From positions 558,001-622,000 of the forward strand of contig JADIIX010000001.1 in NCBI GenBank assembly GCA_027604505.1: a stretch of 64,000 nucleotides of DNA, given 5' to 3'. The translations under genes were made by a program, and so were the position numbers. Below, one piece after another: positions 35,830-48,746 of this stretch; position 1 is the stretch's first letter; every line of letters starts with the position of its first letter. Under the pieces are notes generated by a model. It worked only from the letters and a program-made list of their open reading frames with translations, did not search any database and was not told where the DNA came from. Source of the DNA: Gonapodya sp. JEL0774 (Eukaryota).

Positions 35830-38348
35830 CTAACTGCCACCGGTGGCAGCAGCAACAGCCCTCTCGTACACACCAGGGGTGTGCTCCCACATACCCTCCG
35901 CGCTCCACTCGACCTCTCCAAACACCTCCGCCACATCACCCACATCGTACATGGCATAGCCAGCGCCACCGGTAGCAAGTGGTCTGAGCCATAAAACGCG
36001 GCCTGGAGGATACACTCGACGCGCCGAAGTGTTCGTAGAGGACCCGCCCACACGCGACCGCGCCCGCTCGCACACCTCGCGATATTGCGCGTGGAACCAC
36101 TCCCCTGTATCCGCCCCCGCCTCGCTGCGCTCAGCAGACCCTCGAGCCCGATGAAGAGCTTCCGATGACAGAGTGGGTGAGTCCAGCACCGATCCGATTC
36201 GGCGAGCAGTGTCTGCAATGGCGTCCACACAAAGACGAGGAATGGGATCGTGACCGACTACAACAGAAGTCACAAAGGCCGGGCGAGGTCGGCCGGAAGG
36301 GTGAGTGGAGGGAACTCCACGGAGGAGATGGGAGAGGGGAAGTGATACGAGGGCAGGGGGTCCAAAGCAAATACAGTGGAGTGGTCGATTGCCAGGGAGG
36401 GGAGGTGTGTTCGGGAGCGTCAAAGATGTGGCTGGGTCTGGAAATTTCAAAATGCAGGAACAAAAAGGATGCATGGGTCATGATAAAGCGAAATCCTGGA
36501 GCTCGCTTACCTGCCAACAGTCCGGCCAAGCAAGCCGCGACCCCCGCTCCCAGAGAATGACCGACCAGAACCACACCATACTCTGACCACGCTTTCATGG
36601 CGTTTGCGAGCTCTGCCATAACCGGCCCTTGGGGGTCAGCGAGGATCTGCGCGGCTTCCAGCATTCCTTGATGAACAAGGAAACTCTCAGAAAGGTAGGG
36701 CTCATCTGCGTCCACCATAATCACATCATCATCGAGGGAGTTGGATGAGGAGTGACGGATAGGGAAGGGTACGGAGCCGGAGTTGAGGTCGACGAGGAGG
36801 TCGTGGAGAGACAGAGTTCCCCGCAAGACCAAAATAATGGATCTGCAACAGCCAGAGGGGTGAGGGTAAAATCAATGTGAAACCAGCTCCAAGCTGCTGA
36901 TACCTCGTAGGGTGGTCCACAAGCAGCAAGTACGTGGGGTGATAGGCAAGAGGATGTCGAGGCTCGGAAGGTTTTGTAGAAGTGGAGGTCTCCTTGCCAG
37001 TTTCAGCGGGAGCTCGACTGGCTTCATCGGCAGCTTTCGCAAGTTTCGGTGCCACGTCCGCCAGACGTGATGCCATGAGCACGTGCTCAGCTGTGGGTGG
37101 ACCGTCGGTATCACAGGCTTTGAACAATGTTTTGGGGAAGACACCACAGCAAATGATGACACGTACGATCTACATCCACTACACGCCGCGATGTCCCTGC
37201 TTTGTTCTCCTCCCCATCATTCTGCGTATCTGCAGGAGACTCGCCGGCAATGAGATGGAAGATCCACCGGTACCTTCGGCCGTATGCGGCTAATGCATAG
37301 GACGCACAGCGATGCAAGAACGCGGAGTACTCCTCGTCGGGGTTTATTTCCCGGAGGACATATGGAGATGGTACTGGAGCTGGGTCTGGGCTCGGCGCAT
37401 AGTCTCGGAAGTTTGAGTATTTGGAATCGAAGAGCACCGAGGCACGTTTCTGAGCGGCTGCAATCTGTGAAGAGACTTCAGCCGAAACCAAATCGAAAGA
37501 TTTTTGGTGGGAAACAAAGGTGATGATGGTGCGCGTCTCGTCCAGCGCGTCGTACCATTCTTCAGGCGGCTCTGCGGTGGGAGCAGCATCAGGAAAGTTT
37601 TCATCCGCCACCCATTGTTCCAAAGTCACTGCACGGAGAACGGCGAGGTCCACGCGCTCCACGGATGGTAGGTCACGGTAGCGACGATGTCGGGACTGCT
37701 TTTGCAGGACCAGAAGTGTCCGAAAAGCAGTCACTTTCTGCAGAACGGACGCCTCGGGAGCGCCAGTTTCTAGCACAGCACGATCCGTTTCTACCATGTC
37801 CAAAAACTTGGCGAGCAATCGAAACAGCCCGGTTTGGGCTCGGGTCGGTGTGAGGAGGGAACCAGAGATGATCAGCTCATCAACGTGCTTGAGTGCCCAA
37901 GAAGTCAGTCCAAGACTAGCAGCAAACGATGCATCTACTGCTGATATGGACGCCCGAGAAACCTCGCTTGCAGCGTGAAGAAGAGACGCAAGAATGCGGT
38001 GAGGGAGGTCAGGTGCTGGGTCATCTCCGCCTTCGATTCTTTTGACCGAGTTACCACCCTCAAGTACATTTTGCGCAACGGCAAAGCCGAGGGCTGTCGC
38101 AGCTTTCGAAGCCGAGAATGCAACTGAGAGCATGGACTGTGCGACGTTCACGCCGAGACGCAAGCCCGAGACTTGTGCACATTAACAGAGATGATGCCGT
38201 AAAGAATGAGTGATGGTGATAGCCGTCAAGAGCGCGAGTTTTTTCCGGATTATGGACGGGGGACAATTGGTTGCGAAGCTTAGCGCCAGATGAACATCTC
38301 CATCAACTCACCCAGCTCCAGAAGCGTGAACACAATTTCCTCCTTCAT
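35830..38348 (-). CDS. Class-3 lipase (DAG-lipase-like alpha/beta hydrolase)
   Basis: LVLRGTLSLHD, VHQGML, nucleophile GHSLGAG (36542-36562), CFGPP, HDPIPRL, WEH. A short first exon MKEEIVFTLLEL (38348-38312) splices in frame to ORF 37111-38163. Confidence 0.85.
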
Positions 38349-38588
38349 TGCTGCGGAAGCGATTCCGAGAGGACGCCGCTAGTGTATCGTTCTCTGTCGC
38401 TCGCTACTAAAGTGATGGGAACACCCCAAACTCGGGGATTTGACCCCGACCCATTTGCATGTGAAACAACAGCCTGAGCGCCCATTGTGCTTAAATGCAG
38501 TCTTTACGCCATTACTCAACACCTGAGACGTCTTCCAGTGCGCCGATTATTTTGAATGAGAAAAAGTAATCATATTTTTTTTCTTTGA

Positions 38589-39904
38589 CTAGCCAAATAC
38601 CTCTCTCCTCCCTCTCGAGTCCCAGCCACCATACAAACCACTCCAACTGCCCGGAACCTTGATCGTGATCGACGCTGAGCGAAGAAGATTGAAAAATTAT
38701 TTTCTCGACAAAGTTGCGATGATCGAGCCCGGTACGGTAGTCAGACTCACCTTCGGATCCTGAGGACGTTGGAAGAGAAAGAATAGAAAGAGCGGCAGAA
38801 GTGAGTAAGAGTGAGTCAGAAAGGTTATCTGGCGAGATTGGGCAGGGAGGAATGGTTGATAGCTTGTTAACTGTTTCCAATTGATACTGGTAACCGGTTG
38901 CGTCAGTTCCCAAGTGCTAACCTCCTTCAACCGTGTATCCCACCAAGCCCATCACCTCCACTGCACCCTGCTTTGCCTCTCTTCGACTCAGTTCCTCCAT
39001 GATTTTAAGCATAGGCCCCGATCCTGGCAGTGGTGATGGGTCGGCCTTTTGAGACGATTCGGAAGACAGTTGAAGCGACGAGATTCCGAGAGAGCGAGAG
39101 CGGATGAGAAGCTGCGTCGAGGAATCTCCGGACCCTGTCGACATCACAAGGGGGGGTGTTACGCTTCGAATAAGGCTGGTGGAACGGTTCAGATATCTGG
39201 ATTTTGGTATCCACAAGTGCACTCGAATTACCCAGCCGAGATTTCTCCATCAGTTCGCCGAGTAGCGTCTGCTCCAGCGAGGATAAGCACACTTTGGAAG
39301 CCAGATCTTCGAATCCATGAAGCAAGCGATGACGAGAATAGAAGGTGTCGGCCCTGGAAATGAGATTGCTAGCATCTCCTCAAAACTTGAGAAATGATTA
39401 AAGGCGAATCGCACCTTTATAACAGCAGACCTAAGTTGCAATACGGTGAGTCGAAGGTCTGAGGAGTAGTAAACTGCAAATCGAGCATTTCAGTTGCGCC
39501 AAACACGTTCCGACTTCTGAGTGATTTGACGACATATGGATTTCCGTACCCTCTGTCTCGCCAGCAACGTCCAGTGTCTGTTTGCTTCCCTGAGGTCCCC
39601 TTCCTAGCGGGTCGATCCCAGCAAGTGGGAGCAAGATATCCGAGTTTTGTCGAATCCATCCAACCAGCTGGAGATTGAAGGTGGAGACAATCAAGTCCAC
39701 TGCCAGCTGACCAAGGTTGGCGATAGAATTTGGAGATGGCTGGGGCAAACGGAAATGAGGAAAGGGAAGTGCTGCGTTGGTTACGCAACGAGGAGAGCAT
39801 CCACGAACCACGAGTAAGATTGAATCCGCGAAGGAGGGAATCTCCGCGGAATCACATGGGGCAAACTCAAAAATCTCAGGCCCGGACGAAGAAAAAACGG
39901 GCAT
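38589..39904 (-). CDS. PSMG2: Proteasome assembly chaperone 2 (PAC2 family)
   Basis: SIANLGQLAVDLIVSTF, LTVLQLRSAVIK, LPGSG, GYTVEG, C-terminal IKVPGSWSGLYG; TAG at 38589-38591. Confidence 0.85.
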
Positions 39905-39998
39905 TCGCGTGGAGGATACGGAATACAAAATTATGACTGATCGGAGAGTCAAGCGATCGGACTCTTTCACTTCCAAAGCACGAACACATATACAGAAA

Positions 39999-40855
39999 AT
40001 GCTCGATTCCCATTTACCCGCGCCCAAATTCCGCCTTCGGGCAGCTTCACTCGAGCGCGAGGACCATCGTTTTGTCCTCAGAGCCTTTGATTCAGCTCTG
40101 CCCTTTCTGGCAAGCATTGGGAGCGAGAATCAAGTGATTTCCCCCATTTTTAGTCACCGCAACCAAAGATAATCTCATGTATTTCAACGTTACTATTAGT
40201 GGGGAACTACTCCCTTCTCGGAAAGAGTGGAGAGGGTATGGGCCCAGGTCGGATTGTTGGAATGTACCAAAATCTGGAGCAGGCATGTACTTCTTATAGG
40301 TTGAATCATTCACCTCTAGCATCCGCACGAGCCAGGAACAGCTGAGCTCGAATGAAGAAATTTGTCGTGCTGACTGGGTTCGGGTTTTCGTGGCGGAAAC
40401 CGTTGAGGACAACATTCCGCTGGCTGCAATGACACTTAAAATGGCACCGGCACCATATGTTCTGGACTGCCCGTCTATAAAGGAAGCGGTGAATGCTCGG
40501 GAGTCGTTAATGTTCCTCGCAATGCTGGTGGCGGATCGAACCGCCCCAGTGACCTCTGCTGGCTCAGGTGCTTTCTTGATCACCGAGGCGGTGAAAATGG
40601 CGCGTGCGAACGGTTGTAGCACACTTTATGTGGACTGCTGGGATGGGAACGACGGCAAGCTGGTGAAGTGGGTTCCCCCTTTGCGAACAACTATGAATGT
40701 GCTACTTACAGCTGTTGTTCTTCTCCTAATAAAGTTATTACTGCAGGAACGGGTTTGAACCTCTCGAGTCGTTTGATGTACTCCTGAGTGCGGCTATGGC
40801 GAAGCCATGGAAGGGAAGGTTACTAAGAATGAGACTGGAGGGGCCAACTGGGTAA
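39999..40855 (+). CDS. GNAT-family acetyltransferase
   Basis: FDSALPFLASIGSENQ|WGTTPFSE...SAGSGAFLITEAVKMARANGCSTLYVDCWDGNDGKLV|YYCRNGF; two introns; TAA at 40853-40855. Confidence 0.8.
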
Positions 40856-40954
40856 GTCACCCATTTGTGAGGTTCTATCTGGTTATGTAATGACACTTAT
40901 CTTTCATTAACTTGTGGCGAATCGCTTGTTAGGGATTGAATTATTTGCCATATG

Positions 40955-41824
40955 TTACGCTCTGAGTTTTAATTGTTTCAAGACATATATTTGCACTGAA
41001 TCTAGCTCTTCTCGCATCTCGTGAGAGATGTGCTTTCCCACACACTTGGCTACTTTGTCCTTGCCAATTCGTTTCACACCAAATCCCCTTCTCTCGGCCT
41101 CCTTCCATGCCTCCTCCACGACTTTTGGGTCTCGCGGCTCGAGAGCAAGGTAGGCGATAGTGCGTGGGCCGGAGAGGGAGGACAGAGTACTAAAGAAGGC
41201 AGGAAGGAGTGCCATAGAGAAAATGCAGTCCGAGGCAAGAATGATATCCATGGGAAGGAAGGGAATCAGAGTAGATTTTATTGGTTTGAGCCAGTCAAGA
41301 GGGAGGGCGGTCAGGAGTGGAGGTTCTGGGCGAGATTGATCCAAGTGTATTGTATTGAGATGTAACGACGACGCTTCATCGCACTTCCTAATAGCTGATT
41401 CCCCTAGTTCCGCAGTTTGCTGTTCAGATTCCACGAGGTCGCGAGCTGGCCGGATTGCTCCAACACTTCGGTTCGCCTTGACATTATCTCCCAGAATCCC
41501 CACAATGTGTTCTGGCAGGTCAGTTGCAAATGTCCAGGATGCACCCAGAACACGAGATGCGATCACCGCGCATATGCCGGTTCCCGAACCAAGATCGAGG
41601 ACCGACTTCCCGGCGAAAGGAAGGGGTGAGGGGCAGTCGGATGGAACATTGGAGGAGTTGGAGGATGATCGAGAGTGAAGAGCGTGCAGATAGCGCGCGA
41701 GAACAAGTCCAGCAGGCCAAACAGTGGTCGCATGTGAGCCTGAAGTTTGCGATTGCTTGAAGCGAAACACATCTTCCCGAAATGTGACTTCCAAAACCGG
41801 TAGGGAGGCTGCTGCTGAAGTCAT
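40955..41824 (-). CDS. Class I SAM-dependent methyltransferase (Methyltransf_16 / METTL21-like protein-lysine MTase)
   Basis: TVWPAGLVLARYL, VLDLGSGTG, ATDL, LDW, DIILASDCIF motifs; ATG at 41824. Confidence 0.88.
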   Translation of the reverse strand: MTSAAASLPVLEVTFREDVFRFKQSQTSGSHATTVWPAGLVLARYLHALHSRSSSNSSNVPSDCPSPLPFAGKSVLDLGSGTGICAVIASRVLGASWTFATDLPEHIVGILGDNVKANRSVGAIRPARDLVESEQQTAELGESAIRKCDEASSLHLNTIHLDQSRPEPPLLTALPLDWLKPIKSTLIPFLPMDIILASDCIFSMALLPAFFSTLSSLSGPRTIAYLALEPRDPKVVEEAWKEAERRGFGVKRIGKDKVAKCVGKHISHEMREELDSVQIYVLKQLKLRA

Positions 41825-42359
41825 CGTATTGAGGTGAAACACGAAAGATTGATGGCAACCAGAGTCGTTGGTTGTTAGACGTTGAAGGAATCTTTGGGGG
41901 CTCGCTTCGCAATTTTTTTCTTTCAATGCGACGACCTCCGACAGCCCCTATTAATTAATTAGTACCCTCACTAAGTGATCCTTCTGTAAATGAGAAAGAC
42001 TGAAATGATTTACTTCACTTCTGTTGTAAGTACCCAAACTATCGTCGTCTTTGCTGTAGAATTTTTTCTACGATAGTGTTGTTCGTCCAGTTTGCCGATA
42101 AATTCTCAAATGGTCTTGACAAATGAACATTACCGTGATCGTCCGGATTTTCGCTGAAGTGCATCCATTCACGGTTGTGAGTACTGACATTGTTGATGTA
42201 ACACTTCATAGGCACACAGTCCATTATCGCGGCCTCTATAAGCAGGGTACGATGTATTCACAGCAAGTTACGATTAGAGAAGGTAATATAGAGCACTTCA
42301 AATACGGATCGGCTCGTTAATCTCCCCAACTTCATCTTCTCATCACCATCCTTGATCCT

Positions 42360-44502
42360 TCACAAGCTTTGCGCCAGGCTCCCCGACGGACTCACACCTG
42401 ATCCTCTACCAGCAACACCCGCCATTCCTCCTATACCCATTCCAACACCACTTCCACCGAGGGAACGTCTCCCCGTACTGCTATTACCCCCGAGCCCAAA
42501 GCCACCGTTGTTTGCAGATCCTGAAACATTCACTGGGTTGAAAGAGAACGCACCTACACAGAGGAAACATGGCCTGTTTGCGAGAGTTGGATGGGGCACT
42601 CTCGATGAACTGCTACTCACGTCTTGCCCCACCAGCACCAACTGCTCCTCCACCTCCAAAGCCTCCGACATTCATTCCCCCATTATTCCCACCACCACCA
42701 AAGCCTTGTTGATTTCCTCCGAAGCCGAAAGTAGCTGCCCTCGCATGCTGCGCAACTCCCATCCCCCCAACCATCCCGCCGGCTCCGCCACTCTGTATTC
42801 CGCCATCCCCTCCAAGTCTACTCGCCGGCCTCCCAAACATCGCCATCCCTTGTCCCCCTCCGTTCATTCCCGTGCCACTTGCACCCCCTCGTGAGGAGCC
42901 TGGTGGGACAAACGTGTTGAATGATCCTCCAGCGGGCAAGATTCCAATTCCACGAGGTGGGGGCGCACGCTGAGTCGCAAGAGTAGCGCCTGAAGCAGGG
43001 ACTGAAGCTGGCAGGAGAGTTTTGCGTTTCAGCTTGTCGTACATCTTGAGGCAGTAGTGGGAGGGAGTGAGTGTGCCGTGCATGGTTCAATAATATTGGA
43101 ATCAAACTCACCTGTTGTAGTTTGACGAACTGTGACAAAGTTTCCATGATTGATGGTCGATCAGACATTGAGGGAATGAAAGCAAGATTTGAGTCATGAA
43201 CAACTTGGTATACCACGAACCCCTTGTACCTGCCGGGTTTTCTCCGCCATCTTCGGTTCAGGATATGTATGTGTGAGAGGCCAACATCACTGACATTAAA
43301 GCACTCATACCCAAAACGCACCTGTTCAGACGCTTCATGAGCACGACGCTTGTCATGTTCGTGAGCTTTCTCAAGGGCTGTTGTGTTCGGATAGGCGTTC
43401 GGATTGTGAGAAAAGAGCGCAAGGAGCCGTGATCAGCGCACGAAGGTACGGTCACACATACTCAATATTTTATCGCGAAGATCTGAAATCAGTAGAAAGA
43501 GAACGTGAGTTGATTCATCCCAGGGAGCCAGTCAGCTTGGATCCTTCCACGAATCTGCAAAGACGGGACCTGATCTTTCAACAGACGCACGACAACTTAC
43601 TCTGAATCTCTCCGTTCGCCTCTCGCACAACAGCTTGCATTTGTCTTTCTAATGCGGAGTGGCGGGTCTCGGCGTTGCGTTCCAGCATCTGGTGGAAGGC
43701 CATTTCTACCGCGAGTCATTAGATGGTGGGAACCCACTCGGACATCGAATCGAGCCTCGAAGGTGACCAGAGTATATCTTACACCTCAAGCATACTCTTT
43801 GCGAGTTTCGTGATGTTTTGTAGCTCGACGATCTTTCCCTGGTAGCTCCAATGACCACCACCAGAAATTCCGCACTGTCCATCAACCATCTCTCACCTTG
43901 CGTGACTTGGTAGGTCCAAAAGGCAAGTCCACGTGAAGCAATATCCATGATTACTTCTGGTCGTAGTCCAGCAAGAACGGACTGCACGGGAAGACGCCCT
44001 AAGTGTGTGTTCGGAGAGGAGCAGTGACGATAGACTCCCGCGAGCCCCACGCACCGACTTGTAGTCCTCCGATGGATTCAGCTCCGTCGTAACAATATCA
44101 TCTGGCTGGGTGAGAGAGGTCTCGCACGCGGGGCAGACTCAAAAACAGTGGAGGCAAACAACAATTACGAAGGATCTGGTGGGCTGACAGTCACCAACTC
44201 ACCGAGTGCGGTAGAGAAGGCTCCCTGAGCGCAATCCACGCAAAATAAGTGAGAGCATGTTGTGACCACGGCTTTTCCGCTGGTTCCGAGCGCGACTCGG
44301 CAGTTCACTGTAACCCAGGGGAGAAATTTCAGCCAGGATCCAGACGAAAGGAAAGTTCAGTGCCGAAATCAAGTAGAGCATCTTCAATCACTACTACATG
44401 GCATTTTTTGCCGGACCACGATCTCCAATACCTCCGTTCCGGTCGTGCTCTCCCATTGGCGCACGCACCATTGTTGCATCTCAACTCGACTTCGCCTGAC
44501 AT
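42360..44502 (-). CDS. HEI10: HEI10/CCNB1IP1 meiotic crossover RING E3 ligase
   Basis: Spliced translation MSGEVELRCNNVNCRVALGTSGKAVVTTCSHLFCVDCAQGAFSTALVCPACETSLTQPDDIVTTELNPSEDYKS...VLAGLRPEVIMDIASRGLAFWTYQVTQ; coiled coil, MYDKLKRK, Gly-rich tail. Confidence 0.92.
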
Positions 44503-46294
44503 CACTTAAACAGCAGGCGCCACGGAATCGTAGAAATAAGCGGGTTTGGGGAGTCTCGAGAAAGATTGGTGGCGAATGAAATCGATTCTCCGGCTTCGGC
44601 TTCCCGAGGGGTCGACCAAAACTGATCAAAATTCCCACCATCAGCACTGGCTGTCCACTGAAACCAGTAACTTCATCTTACCTGACTGCTTACGCACGCA
44701 ATCAAGAGCTACAAAGATTTGCATAATTCTTCTCAACCTACAATTTAACACAGGCAGCTGGAAGTACATGAACTCCTTTCATTCGTATTCACGAGCCTCG
44801 CTATCGAATCTCTCCCCTTAGTCAGCAATTGTCACAGTTACATAGCAACTGAATTATAATATGCACTTCTCTCCTTTGTGCGCACAGCAGTATTGTCTGT
44901 ACTTTCTTACATGACGGTGAGAGCCCAGCAGAGCTAACTGGCCACGTGGCGCCGCCATTCTGTAACAAAGTTTGTGAAATAAAGAGTGCAGTAATAGCCA
45001 CTGGACTGGCGGGGTTAACGAGGTTACAGAACACGTATATGGGACTGTTTCTTTGGCAAACATGCTGATCATAAGATTTGTGATGATGAAGAAAGCGTCA
45101 TAACGTTCGGCCTGTCCATTTGATCTTCTCTGGGAATGCGCCTGTAGAATGCGAGGGTGTGACGAAACCGGCATTATTACGTGTTTATGGTTGCATAAGA
45201 ATCATTTTCAAACCTCCGGCATGCGCTGCGAACGGCCCTGTCGCCTTCATTTCCAGCCACACGACTGTTCTTTCTTTGAGCGAGAGGCTTACTTAAATAG
45301 AGTCGCTTGTTCATTCGTATTAGACACATCCAGAGAATACTAATACTCAACGAGAAAATTCTAGGTGCAAATACCGCGAACACGGTGCAGAAAAACACCC
45401 CCTTCGCCCAAACACGCGGTTGGCAGCATGTCTTTCACAAGAGGATCACGCGTGTGATGAACTTTGTTCCGGAGCGCCGGCGGAAAATGTATGATGCACA
45501 TCCACACTGACGTGTGATCACGTCATGGGAAATCGATCAGTCCCTGCCCAGTTGCTCCATAGTCATCGGCTTATCAAACGTTGTCGGCCACTTTTACATA
45601 GTCCACCGATATAGAGAGCACGAGAACTGAAATGTGAAGATCTTACACTGAGTAGTGACCGCCTTTTGAGAGCCTCAGTGTAGTTTGTCCATTCTAAGCA
45701 TTAAAATCTAAACATCAATGTGGGCGCTGGAGTGTCGGAGCATGACAGCTACATATACTAAATTGGATTGTGTACGGGCATGGCAACATTTTCGAAAGAA
45801 GGTCATTGAAATTACTCTTCAATTCAATTTCCTTTGAGACCTCCACATTGTAAATTCTCCCAGCAGTTTGCACTTGTTTCTATTTGTGTAAATGTGGGAT
45901 GTATGGGATTTATGACTTATCGGAATGACTGGGTGGGCAAATTTTGAGTTGGTCCGTCGTTTTGGTGGGACCCTTGTGATCCCTCCCCCCTGAAACCAAG
46001 TCACCTTCTTCGATTATCGACCGTGGAAATTTGGCGCAGCCTCACAGCGACAAGTACCGGCTACTCGCACCGTGCTTTCTGTACGCTTGCTCTCTATACC
46101 AGACTGCCGATTCGTGTGTCCAGTACCCCGGAGTAAAGGGCGAGGCCCTGTTTTTGCCGGTGTCGGGAACTACCCAGAAAATCAGTTGGTGAGCATCAAG
46201 GGCGTGCCTTTTATTATTAGCAAGCTCTTGTGATGTATTGACAATAGAGTCACGGGCCTTCAGATTTGAAACCCGGGTCGTGTTCTGCCACGCC

Positions 46295-48595
46295 ATGATG
46301 GGGGAGGACACTGCAATCGACCACCGGCCTCCCTCTCCCGCACCTCCAGACGCAGTTCCCGTCAAAGGAGCCTCTAAAATAGTCCCGCCCTCGCCCGGAA
46401 TGCTGGGACCTGCCTTTCACCACTCATCGATAAGGCAAAGAACAGTTGCATCGGGCCATGCAAGTGGCCACATATCCCTCTCCTACTTTCCAAAAGGCAC
46501 AAACGGGCCTGGTGGTGACTCTGCAGAGCTTGAAACTGAAGCGCGACTGCTGTTCCACTTCGCTGAGGCTGGGGGGAAGATGGGCACGTCCCCAACAGAA
46601 GAGAAATCGCCTGGTAACGTTTCGGAGTTGGTGTCGGACTCTCAAGGCTATCGATCTGATGTCTCAGTCGTAGGCATGGTAGCCCTCAAGTCAGGTCAGG
46701 AAGTCGCACAAGAGTTCCACGGGAAAGTCGAAGTTCCGGATGGGGGAACCAAGATCCACTCTCAAACCACTCAAGCCCAGGGAATGGAGTTTTATGATAG
46801 CTCCAAGCTGCAAGGCGAATCCATGCGAATATCCTTCCTGACTCGTGGCCCGGTGGTCGCATCAGAATCTGTCACCGAAAGATTCCCTGCGTCTGCACCA
46901 CAAGGCCGTGGTTCTTCAACCAACCAGCAACCTCATATCGCTCAAATTGCGTACACCAGCAACCCACAGGTGGTCCCATCCCCTGCGCGGTCGTCGACCG
47001 TTATGGTATCCGTCGGCCCCACGATGTCCCTCTCCTCCACTTCGACCACCACCTCCCACTCCAATTCCACACATTCCTTTGCACAATCCTTCTCTACCCA
47101 CACCTCCCAAAATTCTCATCTTTCTTTATCGGGGGATCCGTTCCTTTTCACAAATTACGCCACGATACCGTCTTCAACCTCCAATTCGCCTGGTGGCGAT
47201 GCGCTCCGCAACACGCCCAGCTCTTCCGAACCCAACGATACGCCACCACTTGCTGATGATCGTGGTCAGGGGTACTTTGGTGCCTCCGCCCATTACCCGG
47301 GGAATCTGCACGCTACAGTGTACCCGGTCAACGTTCCTCCGTACGGCTACCCCGCATATTCGGAAGAGAGTTTTGCACCTGGCATGTCTTATTTACCGAC
47401 CGAAGGATTCTATGGATCTCCAATGAATCCTCCTTGGAGTGCAGGTCCGCCAGACACCTTAACACCTCTGACTCCACCTGTCGAACAAGACAGCGACGGT
47501 AAGCCTGCGAAACGGTATAAATGTAAATGGGCTGGCTGCAACGTGAGCTTTAAGGTGAGCGGATGCCTTATTTTGCAGTGAAGGTGACTTCGACATTGCT
47601 GAATATCTCACATTGCGAAATCAAGACATCGGGGCACCTTGCACGGCACAAGAAAGTTCACACAGGAGCTAAACCCCATGAATGGTGAATGCAACATGGT
47701 CATCGTGGCTCACACAATACGCTCACGTCTCTCTATGTGCGCGTAGTCCCGTTGCTGGATGCCTCTCTCGATTCTCCCGTCATGACAATATGATGGTACT
47801 TCAATTCGCTTCCTTATGTCTGTTGTTTTAATTAACAAAGCATGGTCCCTGTAGGCCCACTTCCGCGTCCATTCCAAAAGGGTGGATGGTGCCGCCTCTC
47901 GGTCACTGTCGCTCCCTGTCCCTCTACCTTTGGATCTGCTGCCGCAGCCGTCGCTTTCGCGGTCCAAAACGTCAGCCGGACAACTTGTTTCGCCTACCAC
48001 TCGCGAGTCGGAAGCAATTGCCTCCCGGTACCCCAGCCAGGAATGGCTCGGAAACGTTGGTCACTATCACACGGCCCCGGTGTTGGACCAACAGTCGAAT
48101 ACGATTGAGTACTACACACAACCATCTTATTACGGTTCATACCCGGGGCCGACACCACCCATGGAAGGGTACCAGTCCAATGCCAACAACCTCTCGTATG
48201 GGGCGGGGCCGATGATGCAATCTCCTTCTCATCAACCAAATCCGCTCTTAACACCCTCGGGCAGCGAATTCTGGGCAGCCGGCTCTAGGAATCCGATCGT
48301 TGCAGCCGGCCAACCTTACCCAACACCATTTACACACGACCAACGACCACCATCATACGATCGCCGTGAAGCAACTTCGGATGTCCCATCGGCTTATCCC
48401 ATCCGCCCATCGGCGGTGCAAAATGTTGAGTCAATGCCTGGTAGTGCCGGGACAGTCATGTCGAACTGGGGATTCCATTTGCCATCTTTTCGGGATTTGG
48501 ATAATGGTGTGAATAGAGACAGAGAGACACAAGGTTCACAGAGAGACCAGGGAGGAACTCATAGCGTAAATGGAGGGCAGACGCAGTGGTTGTGA
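46295..48595 (+). CDS. C2H2 zinc-finger transcription factor, Nrg1/Nrg2-like finger pair
   Basis: Spliced KRYKCKWAGCNVSFK|TSGHLARHKKVHTGAKPHEC|PVAGCLSRFSRHDNMM|AHFRVH, flanked by Ser/Pro-rich disordered regions. Confidence 0.88.
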
Positions 48596-48746
48596 GGAGA
48601 CCACTTGGACTTCTGTATATGCATATTATTTCAATGGTAATTTTGTAGCCAGTATCTAATTTGTCCACAGACGCAAGGTTCAAGTTTGAAGGCGGCAGAA
48701 ATCTCCTCTCGACTGTAGACCTTCCACAATGTACTACTTGCCATAT

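Noticed and set aside
45508..45525. Palindrome tgacgtg-tgat-cacgtca in the HEI10/C2H2 divergent intergenic region
   Set aside because: A 7-bp stem can occur by chance in 64 kb; no supporting evidence for function
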